A stretch of DNA of 10,328 nucleotides from the NCBI GenBank assembly GCA_046754465.1, contig JBHHVU010000080.1, positions 1 to 10,328 on the forward strand. The letters run 5' to 3'. The notes beneath the pieces are model-generated. The model was not told the DNA's origin. It saw nothing but the letters and a program-made list of their open reading frames with translations, and ran no database searches. Both the position numbers and the translations under genes were made by a program. Shown here piece after piece: positions 1 to 8,097 of the stretch. The DNA comes from Nitrospinaceae bacterium. GTDB taxonomy: Bacteria > Nitrospinota > Nitrospinia > Nitrospinales > VA-1. Each line of letters begins with the position of its first letter. Positions within the stretch are counted from its first letter, which is position 1.

Positions 1-184
1 CGGGGGGGAGATAGGTCTAGGCATCATCGCCAGTCCACCTTGGTCTGCCATATAACGCATGTCCATCTGCCAGCGGAGGCACTCCGCCCCGCCACGCGGG
101 GGGGAGATAGGTCTAGGCATCATCGCCAGTCCACCTTGGTCTGCCATATAATGCATGTCCATCTGCCAGCGGAGGCACTCCGCC
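1..184. repeat. 96-bp tandem direct repeat, at least 1.9 copies (1..96, 97..184), truncated by the window edge
   Basis: 1..88 and 97..184 are identical except C56 versus T152. The unit contains GC-rich inverted repeats: GCGGAG-GCA-CTCCGC at 73..87 and 169..183, and CTCCGCCCCGC-CAC-GCGGGGGGGAG at 82..106. Confidence 0.97.
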
Positions 185-186
185 GT

Positions 187-498
187 TTAGTAGGACCAGG
201 GTTCCTTGAGGTTGTCGGTGGTCCAGACCGTCAACCCATCCACATCCTTATAAATTCCGCGGGTGAAAAAATTGAACGGGTCGAAAAACCGGATTCCTTT
301 TACTGAATCCAGTTCAAAATTTACCTTGTCCTTCTGCATATCGTTGCTTTTGCATTCGAGAAACTTTTCCGCATCCACATCCGATAACAGAAATATTTCT
401 TCGATTTTTTCCGGATCGTAATCGCCGGACTCCAGAATTTCCTGGACCTTTCCCAGAATGGTATCCACTTTTTCTTTAGATAAGTGGTGCATCTTCAT
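187..498 (-). CDS. hypothetical protein, 103 aa, hydrophilic and acidic (MKMHHLSKEKVDTILGKVQEILESG...WTTDNLKEPWSY)
   Basis: 3' part of the 187..657 ORF. The ATG at 498 follows an AGGG SD-like motif and a promoter-like element at 551..579. Composition is protein-like from this Met onward. No family recognised. Confidence 0.7.
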   Translation of the reverse strand: MKMHHLSKEKVDTILGKVQEILESGDYDPEKIEEIFLLSDVDAEKFLECKSNDMQKDKVNFELDSVKGIRFFDPFNFFTRGIYKDVDGLTVWTTDNLKEPWSY

Positions 499-550
499 AA
501 CGTTACCCTGACTTAGAATGGTTGGTTCCGCGAATTTTCCGATGGAAGAG

Positions 551-579
551 ATTATACCGCAGTCCTGACTGGGGTCCAA
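551..579 (-). promoter_or_regulatory. putative sigma70 promoter for the hypothetical gene
   Basis: Minus strand TTGGAC (579..574)-N17-TATAAT (556..551): perfect -10 and weak -35, in the gap between nuoN and the hypothetical gene. Confidence 0.55.
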
Positions 580-598
580 TAGGGAGTTGGAGAGGGTA

Positions 599-2035
599 TC
601 AATCTTGTGCGAGGGAGATAATGGGGTCTGGAAAGATTCCGAGTTCGATGGTGCCAATGACGGCGAGCGCCACGACGAACAGGGTCATGGGTGAAAGGGT
701 GATCCGGAAATCGGTGACGGGTTCTTTCATGTACATGAAAACCACCACCTTGAGGTAATAGTATAAGGAAATGGCGCTGTTGAGAACCGCGATGACCACG
801 AGGATGACGAACCCTTCCTTGACCGCGGCGCTGAAGATGTAAAATTTGGCCACAAAACCCGCGAAAGGGGGCAGTCCGCCCAGGGAAAGGAGAAAGATGG
901 TCATGCTCAGTGCGAGGAGGGGATGTTTGTATGCCAGGCCGGAATAGTTTTCCATTTCCAGGTTTTCATTGCCCTTCCTGCCGAGCAAGATGACGATGCC
1001 GAAGGCGCCGAATATCATGAGCGCATAAGCCAGCATATAAAAGAGCAGACTCGCGGCTCCCAGTGAGTTTTTGGCGATGACGGCGATCAGGATGTAACCG
1101 ACGTGAGTGACGCTGGAATAGGCGAGCAGACGTTTGATATTGGTTTGGACAATCGCCCCCAGGTTGCCGATGAACATCGTGAGAACAGAAATGGTATACA
1201 GCAGGGTCTCCCAGGAGCCGGAGAGACCGGGCAGGGTTTCCGCGAAAATCCGGAAAAAGGCCGCGAACGCCGCCGCCTTGGGTCCCACGGCCATGAAGGC
1301 GGTGATCGGGGTGGGGGCTCCTTGGTAGACATCCGGTGCCCACATGTGGAAGGGAACGGATGCCACCTTGAATCCGAAACCGATGATCAGCAAGACCAGG
1401 CCCATCAGCATGATGGGTTTGGAACCCACGCCGCCGGCCTTGATCTGGGCCGAAATTTCCAGGAGGCTGGTCGTTCCGGTGGCCCCGTAAACCAGGGCCA
1501 TGCCATAAAGCAGGAAGCCGGTCGCGAAGGCGCCGAGTAGAAAATATTTGAGTGCCGCCTCGTTGGATTTTATTTCGTTCCGCCGGATTCCGGTAAGAAT
1601 ATAAAGACAGATCGAAATGATTTCAATCCCCAGAAAGATCATGATCAGATTGGCGGAGGAGGCCAGGAGAATCATGCCTACGGTGCAGAAAAGGATGAGG
1701 CTGTAATACTCCCCGATCCGGATGTCTTCCCGCTCGTTGAAATCGATGGAGATCAAGATGGCGAGGGCGGAACTCATTGTGAAAATGACGGTGAAGAAGA
1801 TCGATAGGTGGTCGACCACATAACCGTCGTTGAAGGAATAGACGGGCAGATTGTATTTGGCGAAAGCGCTGACGGTGGTTACCAGCAATCCGACCAGGCT
1901 CACGAAGACCAGGAGGGTCTTGTTCCTGCCGCCGAAAAGATCGAGGATGAGCACTCCCCCCGCGAATACGGTGAGTACGAGGACCGGAGCGAGGCTGACC
2001 AAATCTATGGATGCTGGGGCGGAAATCGGCTCCAC
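599..2035 (-). CDS. nuoN: NADH-quinone oxidoreductase subunit N
   Basis: 478-aa multi-TM antiporter-like subunit. Motifs EAALKYFLLG, GFKVASVPFHMWAPDVYQGAPTP, KRLLAYSS and SLGGLPPFAGFVAKF. GTG start with GAAGGAG SD. Last gene of the nuo series. Confidence 0.97.
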   Translation of the reverse strand: MEPISAPASIDLVSLAPVLVLTVFAGGVLILDLFGGRNKTLLVFVSLVGLLVTTVSAFAKYNLPVYSFNDGYVVDHLSIFFTVIFTMSSALAILISIDFNEREDIRIGEYYSLILFCTVGMILLASSANLIMIFLGIEIISICLYILTGIRRNEIKSNEAALKYFLLGAFATGFLLYGMALVYGATGTTSLLEISAQIKAGGVGSKPIMLMGLVLLIIGFGFKVASVPFHMWAPDVYQGAPTPITAFMAVGPKAAAFAAFFRIFAETLPGLSGSWETLLYTISVLTMFIGNLGAIVQTNIKRLLAYSSVTHVGYILIAVIAKNSLGAASLLFYMLAYALMIFGAFGIVILLGRKGNENLEMENYSGLAYKHPLLALSMTIFLLSLGGLPPFAGFVAKFYIFSAAVKEGFVILVVIAVLNSAISLYYYLKVVVFMYMKEPVTDFRITLSPMTLFVVALAVIGTIELGIFPDPIISLAQD

Positions 2036-2059
2036 TTCAACTCCTTCGATGAAAGGGAA

Positions 2060-3631
2060 TTATTTTTTCTTACCTTGCAATTCTTTATTCAAACGGGCGA
2101 GATCCCCCGCCTTGATCAGGGAGGCCTCGTGACCTGGCGACCCCGATGGCCGGAAATTATCCGGGTTGACTTTTTTAATCAGATGGCTGACCGACGCATC
2201 GAAGGTTTTCATGAACGGTTTGGGATAAAGGCCGATCCAGAAAACCAGCAAAATGATTGGAACCATGGTAATGAGTTCCCGGAGGTTCATGTCGGGCAAG
2301 TTCATGTTTTTCGGATTATCAAGTTTTTGAAACATTACCCTTTGAAACATCCACAAGATATAACACGCGGCGAAGATGACGCCGCTCGTTGCCGCCGCGG
2401 CCCAAAGCCCATTGACCTGGAATATGCCGAGAAGAATAAGGAATTCCCCGACGAATCCGTTCATCCCCGGCAGTCCGATCGAGGACAGGGCGATGATCAT
2501 GAAACAGATGGCGTACTTGGGCATTTGTTTGGACAGGCCGCCGAATTCTTTAATGAACCGGGTGTGCCGCCGGTCATAGATCATGCCCACCAAGAGGAAG
2601 AGAGCGCCGGTGCTTATTCCGTGATTGATATTTTGAAGGAGCGCCCCCTGCATTCCATAATGGTTGAAAGCGAAGATTCCCAGCATGACGAATCCCAGAT
2701 GACTGACACTGGAATAGGCCACGAGCTTTTTCAGATCTTCCTGGACCAGGGACACCAGGGCTCCGTAGATGATTCCGATAAGGGACAGCGCAGCGATGAA
2801 GGGTAGGAATTCATTGCTGGCATGGGGAAACAGGGGCAGGTTGAACCGGAAAAACCCATAGGTCCCCATCTTCAAAAGGACCCCGGCTAGGATCACACTA
2901 CCCGCGGTGGGGGCTTCCACATGGGCGTCCGGAAGCCAGGTGTGAAACGGAAACATGGGGACCTTGATCGCAAAGGCCAGGAAAAAGGCCATGAAAAGCC
3001 ATTTTTGCGTGTCCAGGGGGATATTCAGATTTTCTGTAATAAACATGAGGTCGGTGGTCGTGACCCCGGTTTGATCTTTAATAATGAAATATATCCAGAT
3101 GATCGCGACCAGCATCAGGAGCGACCCGACGGCGGTGTAAATAAAAAATTTGATGGCCGCGTAGACACGCCGGGGTCCCCCCCAGACGCCAATGATGAGG
3201 TACATTGGAACCAACTGGAATTCCCAGAAGACATAAAACAGAAACATGTCCAATGCGATGAATACGCCCAGCATCCCCGTGGAAAGGGCCAGCATGGCCA
3301 TCATGTATTCGCGGATATATTTTTTTATCTCCCACGAGGCGATTATGGACACCAGGGTCAGGAACGTGGTCATGATGAAGAGAAGCAGGGAGATACCATC
3401 GATTCCCACGTGGTAACTAATCCCCCACGAGCTGATCCAGGGCACGGTGTACTCGAACTGCATTTCATGGGTGGTGAGGTCGAAATCGACCCACAATTGA
3501 AGCGACAGGAGGAAATCCGCCGCGGCGAAGGCGACGGCGGTCTGTTTGATCGCCTCCACCCTTTCCTTGGGAAGGAAGGCCAGGATCAACGCCCCAATCA
3601 GGGGCAAAAATGTCAGAAAGGTAAGAAACAT
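2060..3631 (-). CDS. nuoM: NADH-quinone oxidoreductase subunit M
   Basis: 523 aa. Motifs FYVFWE, AFAIKVPMFPFHTWLPDAHVEAPTAGSVILAGVLLKMGTYG, KKLVAYSSVSHLG and GLPGMNGFVGEF. AGGA SD. Confidence 0.97.
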   Translation of the reverse strand: MFLTFLTFLPLIGALILAFLPKERVEAIKQTAVAFAAADFLLSLQLWVDFDLTTHEMQFEYTVPWISSWGISYHVGIDGISLLLFIMTTFLTLVSIIASWEIKKYIREYMMAMLALSTGMLGVFIALDMFLFYVFWEFQLVPMYLIIGVWGGPRRVYAAIKFFIYTAVGSLLMLVAIIWIYFIIKDQTGVTTTDLMFITENLNIPLDTQKWLFMAFFLAFAIKVPMFPFHTWLPDAHVEAPTAGSVILAGVLLKMGTYGFFRFNLPLFPHASNEFLPFIAALSLIGIIYGALVSLVQEDLKKLVAYSSVSHLGFVMLGIFAFNHYGMQGALLQNINHGISTGALFLLVGMIYDRRHTRFIKEFGGLSKQMPKYAICFMIIALSSIGLPGMNGFVGEFLILLGIFQVNGLWAAAATSGVIFAACYILWMFQRVMFQKLDNPKNMNLPDMNLRELITMVPIILLVFWIGLYPKPFMKTFDASVSHLIKKVNPDNFRPSGSPGHEASLIKAGDLARLNKELQGKKK

Positions 3632-3637
3632 GTTTTC

Positions 3638-5605
3638 CTAAAACATTATGAGTAATAAGCCGGCAAAACCGATCACAATAAACAAGGCGTAGTTGCGGAC
3701 GAACCCGGATTGAAACACCCGGGCCTGATTGCTGAACCAGGCTACGACGTGAGCCACGCCGTTGACGGCCCCATCCACGCCCTGGGCGTCGCATTTCTTC
3801 CAGAGCAGCCTTGACCCTTCGATGGTGGGTTCGACGATGGTCCCATCGTAAACCTCATCGATCCTGTATTTGTCCCGGACCAGTTCATAACCCCATTGCC
3901 CCTGGGTGATTTGATCGGGCAGTTCGGGGCGTTTGATGTAAAACAGCCAGGCCAGGGCGATTCCCGTGAGGCCCACGATGACCGAAAGCAGCATCAGCGC
4001 CAGCTCGATCCAAATGCTATGCTCCTCCTTCACCAAAAGATGCGACCAGGAGGGCGCATGGCGTCCGGTCTCGTGGAGAATATGTTCTGTGTGGCTGAGG
4101 GCGACCTCCAGGTCAAAATGCAATACCGGCTCGAGCCAGTTGTGGAGAAGATTCCAGCCGTGGACCAGGGGAATACCGAGGAGTCCGCCAACGGCCGCCA
4201 GGCTGGCCAATATGACCAGCGGCATGGTCATGACTTTGGGTGACTCGTGGACGTGGACCGAGGGATCGGCGCGGGATTCGCCATGGAAGGTCATGAAGAC
4301 CAGCCGGAACATGTAAAATGCCGTGAGCAATGCCGCGCCGATTCCCATGCCCCAGAGAATCGCGTTCCCGTCCATCAGCGAATGGAAGAGGATTTCATCT
4401 TTACTGAAAAACCCGGACAGGGGTGGAATACCCGCGATGGCCAGGGTGGATATCAGAAACGTGGCGTAGGTGATGGGCTGGTGACTCTTTAGGCCACCCA
4501 TTTTTCTCATGTCCTGCTCGCCCGCCAGACCGTGGATCACGCTGCCGGATCCCAAAAAGAGGCAGGCTTTGAAGAACGCGTGGGTGACCATGTGGAAGAT
4601 GGCCGCGGAATAGGCGCCCACGCCGCAGGCGAGAAACATGTACCCGATCTGGCTGATGGTGGAATAGGCCAGGACGCGTTTGATATCAAATTGGGTCATC
4701 CCGATGGTCGCGGCGAATATGGCTGTTCCGGCCCCCACAAAGGCCACCACCATCATTGACAGGGGAGCGAGGTTGAACAGGACGCTGCACCGCACCACCA
4801 TGAAGACCCCGGCGGTGACCATCGTCGCCGCATGGATGAGGGCGCTAACGGGAGTCGGACCCTCCATCGCGTCGGGAAGCCAGGTATAAAGGGGGATCTG
4901 AGCGGATTTCCCGGTCGCCCCGACAAACAGGAGGAGAGTAATGATGGTGACGGTCTCCCCAGAAAATATCAATTTCTCGGGAGCCGCGTGAAATACCTCG
5001 GTATAATCGATGGTCCCGAATACATTGAAGATGTACATGATCGCCAGCAGGAAGGCGAAGTCTCCCACCCTGTTGACGATAAACGCCTTGGTTCCCGCGT
5101 CGCAGGCGGATTTCTTTTCGAAATAATACCCGATGAGAAAGTAGGAGCACAGCCCGACCCCTTCCCATCCGATAAACATAATCAGGAAGTTGTTGCCCAT
5201 GACCAGAAGGAGCATGGCGAACATGAAAAGGTTCATGTAGGCGAAAAACCGGTAAAAACTATACTCCTCATGCATATAGCCGATGGAGTAAACATGGATG
5301 AGAAATCCGACCCCGGTGACGAAAGTCATCATCACCAGGGAAAGCCGGTCAACCTGGAATCCGAAATCCACATGAAAATCTCCCGCGCTCATCCAGGTGA
5401 AAATCACCTGCTCGAAAACCTGGGTTTCCTTGGGAAGAACGAGGTAGCCGATGAAAACGAGCAACGTGGTCAAGAAGGAAAGGGCCACGGAGCCGCAGGC
5501 GATCAGCCCCACCATCTTCTTGCCGGTCTTGAGACCGAAGAAGCCGTTGATGATGGACCCGATGAGCGGAAAAAGGGGTATCAGCCAAGTGAGCTTTAAC
5601 AGCAT
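3638..5605 (-). CDS. nuoL: NADH-quinone oxidoreductase subunit L
   Basis: 655 aa. Motifs GWEGVGLCSYFLIG, GKSAQIPLYTWLPDAMEGPTPVSALIHAATMVTAGV, HAFFKACLFL and GFFSKDEIL, plus a C-terminal lateral helix ending QSGFVRNYAL. TAAGGA SD. Confidence 0.98.
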   Translation of the reverse strand: MLLKLTWLIPLFPLIGSIINGFFGLKTGKKMVGLIACGSVALSFLTTLLVFIGYLVLPKETQVFEQVIFTWMSAGDFHVDFGFQVDRLSLVMMTFVTGVGFLIHVYSIGYMHEEYSFYRFFAYMNLFMFAMLLLVMGNNFLIMFIGWEGVGLCSYFLIGYYFEKKSACDAGTKAFIVNRVGDFAFLLAIMYIFNVFGTIDYTEVFHAAPEKLIFSGETVTIITLLLFVGATGKSAQIPLYTWLPDAMEGPTPVSALIHAATMVTAGVFMVVRCSVLFNLAPLSMMVVAFVGAGTAIFAATIGMTQFDIKRVLAYSTISQIGYMFLACGVGAYSAAIFHMVTHAFFKACLFLGSGSVIHGLAGEQDMRKMGGLKSHQPITYATFLISTLAIAGIPPLSGFFSKDEILFHSLMDGNAILWGMGIGAALLTAFYMFRLVFMTFHGESRADPSVHVHESPKVMTMPLVILASLAAVGGLLGIPLVHGWNLLHNWLEPVLHFDLEVALSHTEHILHETGRHAPSWSHLLVKEEHSIWIELALMLLSVIVGLTGIALAWLFYIKRPELPDQITQGQWGYELVRDKYRIDEVYDGTIVEPTIEGSRLLWKKCDAQGVDGAVNGVAHVVAWFSNQARVFQSGFVRNYALFIVIGFAGLLLIMF

Positions 5606-5614
5606 GCTAGTTCC

Positions 5615-5917
5615 TTACCACTTCATTATGTTGAATTCATCCAGATTGACGGTTGGCTTGTTTCGGAACAGGGCGATGATGATCGCGAGTCCAACCGAGA
5701 CTTCGGCCGCGGCCACGCACATGACCATGAAACTGAATATTTGGCCGTCGTGCTGGCCCATATACCTGTCAAAGGCGATCAGGGAGATATTCACGGCGTT
5801 CAGCATGATTTCGATGGACATGAAGACCACGATCGCGTTTCTGCGGATGAGAACACCCACAACGCCGATCACGAACAAGGTCGCGCTTAAAAGCAGATAA
5901 TGGGAAAGAGGGACCAT
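5615..5917 (-). CDS. nuoK: NADH-quinone oxidoreductase subunit K
   Basis: About 100 aa with three TM helices and conserved glutamates in MSIEIMLN and [14 protein letters not shown] at 5917 chosen as start; an alternative TTG at 5926 overlaps the nuoJ stop. Confidence 0.96.
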   Translation of the reverse strand: MVPLSHYLLLSATLFVIGVVGVLIRRNAIVVFMSIEIMLNAVNISLIAFDRYMGQHDGQIFSFMVMCVAAAEVSVGLAIIIALFRNKPTVNLDEFNIMKW

Positions 5918-5922
5918 AATGC

Positions 5923-6435
5923 TCAATCCAGTTTGGTTTTAGCCAGAACCACGGCGCCCACCATGGCCGCGAGAAGTAAAATCGAGGCCACCTCGAACGG
6001 GAGCACGAAATCAGTGAACAGAAACGTGCCCACCTGGGCAGCGGTTCCGAAGGAATCCGCGACTTTTTGAGGCGAATCGAAATCCGTTGCGAGCGTGATC
6101 TCGATGATTTTATACAAAATGCCCACGGCCAGAAATCCCGTGAGAACGCTCAGCAGGGTATTTCGGGTCCGGCCCCTCCATGCGGTGTCGGTGTCGCCGC
6201 CCTTGAGATTGAGAAGCATGATGACAAACATGAACAACACCATGATGGCTCCGGCATAAATGATGATCTGGAGTATGGCGATGAAATGGGCCTGTTGAAG
6301 AACAAACACGGCGGCCAGGCCTAGCATCATGCCGATCAGGCAAATGGCCGACCCGATGGGACTTTTGTTAGCAATCACCCCCAGGGCCAGGGCCACGCAA
6401 AGAAACGCGATCGGATAAAAGATCAGTAGTTCCAT
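5923..6435 (-). CDS. nuoJ: NADH-quinone oxidoreductase subunit J
   Basis: 170 aa. Motifs [20 protein letters not shown] and [19 protein letters not shown]. Overlaps the nuoI 3' end by 13 bp. Confidence 0.96.
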   Translation of the reverse strand: MELLIFYPIAFLCVALALGVIANKSPIGSAICLIGMMLGLAAVFVLQQAHFIAILQIIIYAGAIMVLFMFVIMLLNLKGGDTDTAWRGRTRNTLLSVLTGFLAVGILYKIIEITLATDFDSPQKVADSFGTAAQVGTFLFTDFVLPFEVASILLLAAMVGAVVLAKTKLD

Positions 6436-6992
6436 TTGGCGTACATTTTCCGGGTGAACTCGATGCGGTCCTTCAATTGTTCGATAGGGACCAGCAGTTG
6501 TTCTTTGTTGTATTTCATTTTTTTGCGATCGAGCATGGAGATTTCGCAGTCATCGCTCATGAAAATAGCTTCTTCCGGACAGGCCTCCTCGCAATTGCCG
6601 CAGAAAATGCAAACGGCATAATCAATGGTGAATTCCTTGGGCCAGCGTTCGACCTGGTTTTGCTTGCCGCTGTTCTCCGCGGGAATGATATCGATGCAAT
6701 AGGCGGGGCAGGCGATTTCGCATAGTCCGCAGGCGACACAGGCCGGCGTGCCGTCTTCTTTTTGGGCCAGCACGGGACGCCCCCGGTAAGCCGGGGGAAA
6801 CTCCACCGTCTCCTCGGGGTAATAAACGGTAAAAATTCTCCGGTCTTTTTTCCGGCCCAGGAAAAAGGGGATGAATCCGAATAGATTTAAAAAGAAATGA
6901 CGGGAGGTGATGTATAACCCCCGGAAGATTTCCGGTAAATAGGATTTCTCCCACCAAGTCATTTCGATGTTTCGGTTGACGTGATAAGCCAT
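6423..6992 (-). CDS. nuoI: NADH-quinone oxidoreductase subunit I (2x[4Fe-4S] ferredoxin-type)
   Basis: Two CxxCxxCxxxCP motifs (CVACGLCEIACP, CIFCGNCEEACP) and TVYYPEE...YRGRP. Lies between nuoH and nuoJ. GAAGGA SD. Confidence 0.96.
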   Translation of the reverse strand: MAYHVNRNIEMTWWEKSYLPEIFRGLYITSRHFFLNLFGFIPFFLGRKKDRRIFTVYYPEETVEFPPAYRGRPVLAQKEDGTPACVACGLCEIACPAYCIDIIPAENSGKQNQVERWPKEFTIDYAVCIFCGNCEEACPEEAIFMSDDCEISMLDRKKMKYNKEQLLVPIEQLKDRIEFTRKMYAKWNY

Positions 6993-7005
6993 GGCTGATT
7001 CCTTC

Positions 7006-8082
7006 TTATTGAAGCGCCAGGAGAACCACCCCGGTAACGACCACGTTTGCCAGGGAAAGGGGCAATAATATTTTCCATCCGAGTTTCATGATCTGATCGT
7101 AGCGGAACCGGGGTAGGGTCCAGCGAATGGTCATTTGAAGCCAGAGGAAAAACACCACCTTCGCGAAAAAGACCCCAATCTGAAACAGCATCACAACGAT
7201 ATTGGCGCCGGTGGTGCCTAAAAAGTCGAAAAGGGAAATCAATGTGGCGGTCGTGACAAAGGGAATGTGCCACGCCCCGAAAAACAGGATGGTCACAATC
7301 GCCCCGATGGTGACCATCTCGATGAATTCGGCCATGAAGAACATGCCGAACTTGAGTCCGCTGTATTCGGTGAAATAGCCGGCGACCAGTTCGGATTCCG
7401 CCTCGGGGTTGTCGAAGGGAATGCGTTTGTTTTCCGCGATCGACGCGGCCAAGAACATCAAAAAACCCAGGGGCTGAAGAAAAATTCCCCAATGGAAGAA
7501 ATTTTCCTGGAGGCCTCCGATCTCCGGCAGTTTCATGGTTCCGAAAACCATTAGGACTCCGATGATCGTCAACCCCATGGTCACTTCATAGGAAATCATC
7601 TGCGAAGCGGTGCGCATGGAACCGAGGAGGGACCAGTTGTTGTTGGAACTCCATCCGGCGATGACATATCCGTAAGTGGCCAGCGAGGCGACGGCGAAGA
7701 CAAATAACAGGCCCACGTCGAGATCGGAAATCACCAGGTTAACCTTCTTGCCAAAGATGTCGTACGCTCCCCCAAAGGGGACGACGGCAAAGGTGAGGAT
7801 CGCGGGTACGAGGGCGATGATGGGGCTCAGGGTATGGAGGGCCTTGTTGGCTCCGTCGGGAATGAAATCTTCCTTGGTGAACATTTTCAGGGCATCGGCG
7901 ATGGTATGGAACAGACCCAGCACGGTGAACCCGAGAATGTCCGCCCGGTTGGCGCCGATTCGGTCCTGCATGATCGCGCTCTGCTTGCGCTCGACCCAGG
8001 TGAGAATCGGGGCGAAAAACACCACCGTGACCGCCAGGATGAAAAATATTTTTACGAGAGTGATCAGTAAATCGACCAACAT
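7006..8082 (-). CDS. nuoH: NADH-quinone oxidoreductase subunit H
   Basis: 358 aa. Motifs WVERKQSAIMQDRIGANR, ADALKMFTKED, QMISYE, ENKRIPFDNPEAESELVAGYFTEYSG and RWTLPRFRYDQIMKLGWK. Confidence 0.97.
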   Translation of the reverse strand: MLVDLLITLVKIFFILAVTVVFFAPILTWVERKQSAIMQDRIGANRADILGFTVLGLFHTIADALKMFTKEDFIPDGANKALHTLSPIIALVPAILTFAVVPFGGAYDIFGKKVNLVISDLDVGLLFVFAVASLATYGYVIAGWSSNNNWSLLGSMRTASQMISYEVTMGLTIIGVLMVFGTMKLPEIGGLQENFFHWGIFLQPLGFLMFLAASIAENKRIPFDNPEAESELVAGYFTEYSGLKFGMFFMAEFIEMVTIGAIVTILFFGAWHIPFVTTATLISLFDFLGTTGANIVVMLFQIGVFFAKVVFFLWLQMTIRWTLPRFRYDQIMKLGWKILLPLSLANVVVTGVVLLALQ

Positions 8083-8097
8083 TTTCCTTTGCCGGAT

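Noticed and set aside
1..184. CRISPR array (the CCCCGC-NNN-GCGGGG hairpin resembles a type I-E repeat core)
   Set aside because: The whole 96-bp unit is repeated, so there are no unique spacers. The period is too long, and no cas genes are in the window.
40..306. + strand 88-aa ORF
   Set aside because: TTG start inside the repeat. It is repeat-derived and antisense to the better-supported 187..498 gene.
1..498. Type III toxin-antitoxin (RNA repeat array plus toxin gene)
   Set aside because: The repeats are downstream of the gene rather than upstream, are much longer and more GC-rich than known antitoxin repeats, and there is no repeat-terminator-toxin layout or recognisable ToxN-like sequence.
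499..657. N-terminal 53 codons of the 156-aa ORF
   Set aside because: Overlaps the nuoN 3' end and the promoter-like element. The ATG at 498 has an SD and is the more plausible start.
3638..3900. 2M-type complex I (extra NuoM with a lengthened NuoL lateral helix)
   Set aside because: Only one nuoM is present, and the NuoL lateral helix shows no obvious insertion.
1808..5599. Long + strand ORFs (1808..2806, 2921..3655, 4832..5599 and others)
   Set aside because: Antisense shadows of nuoN/M/L, expected from GC-biased codons for hydrophobic residues. They show no recognisable domains.
599..5605. Mrp antiporter or group 4 hydrogenase membrane module
   Set aside because: The subunits have typical NuoL/M/N motifs and sit with nuoA/H/J/K in nuo order. 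No hydrogenase large subunit or mrpE/F/G is present.
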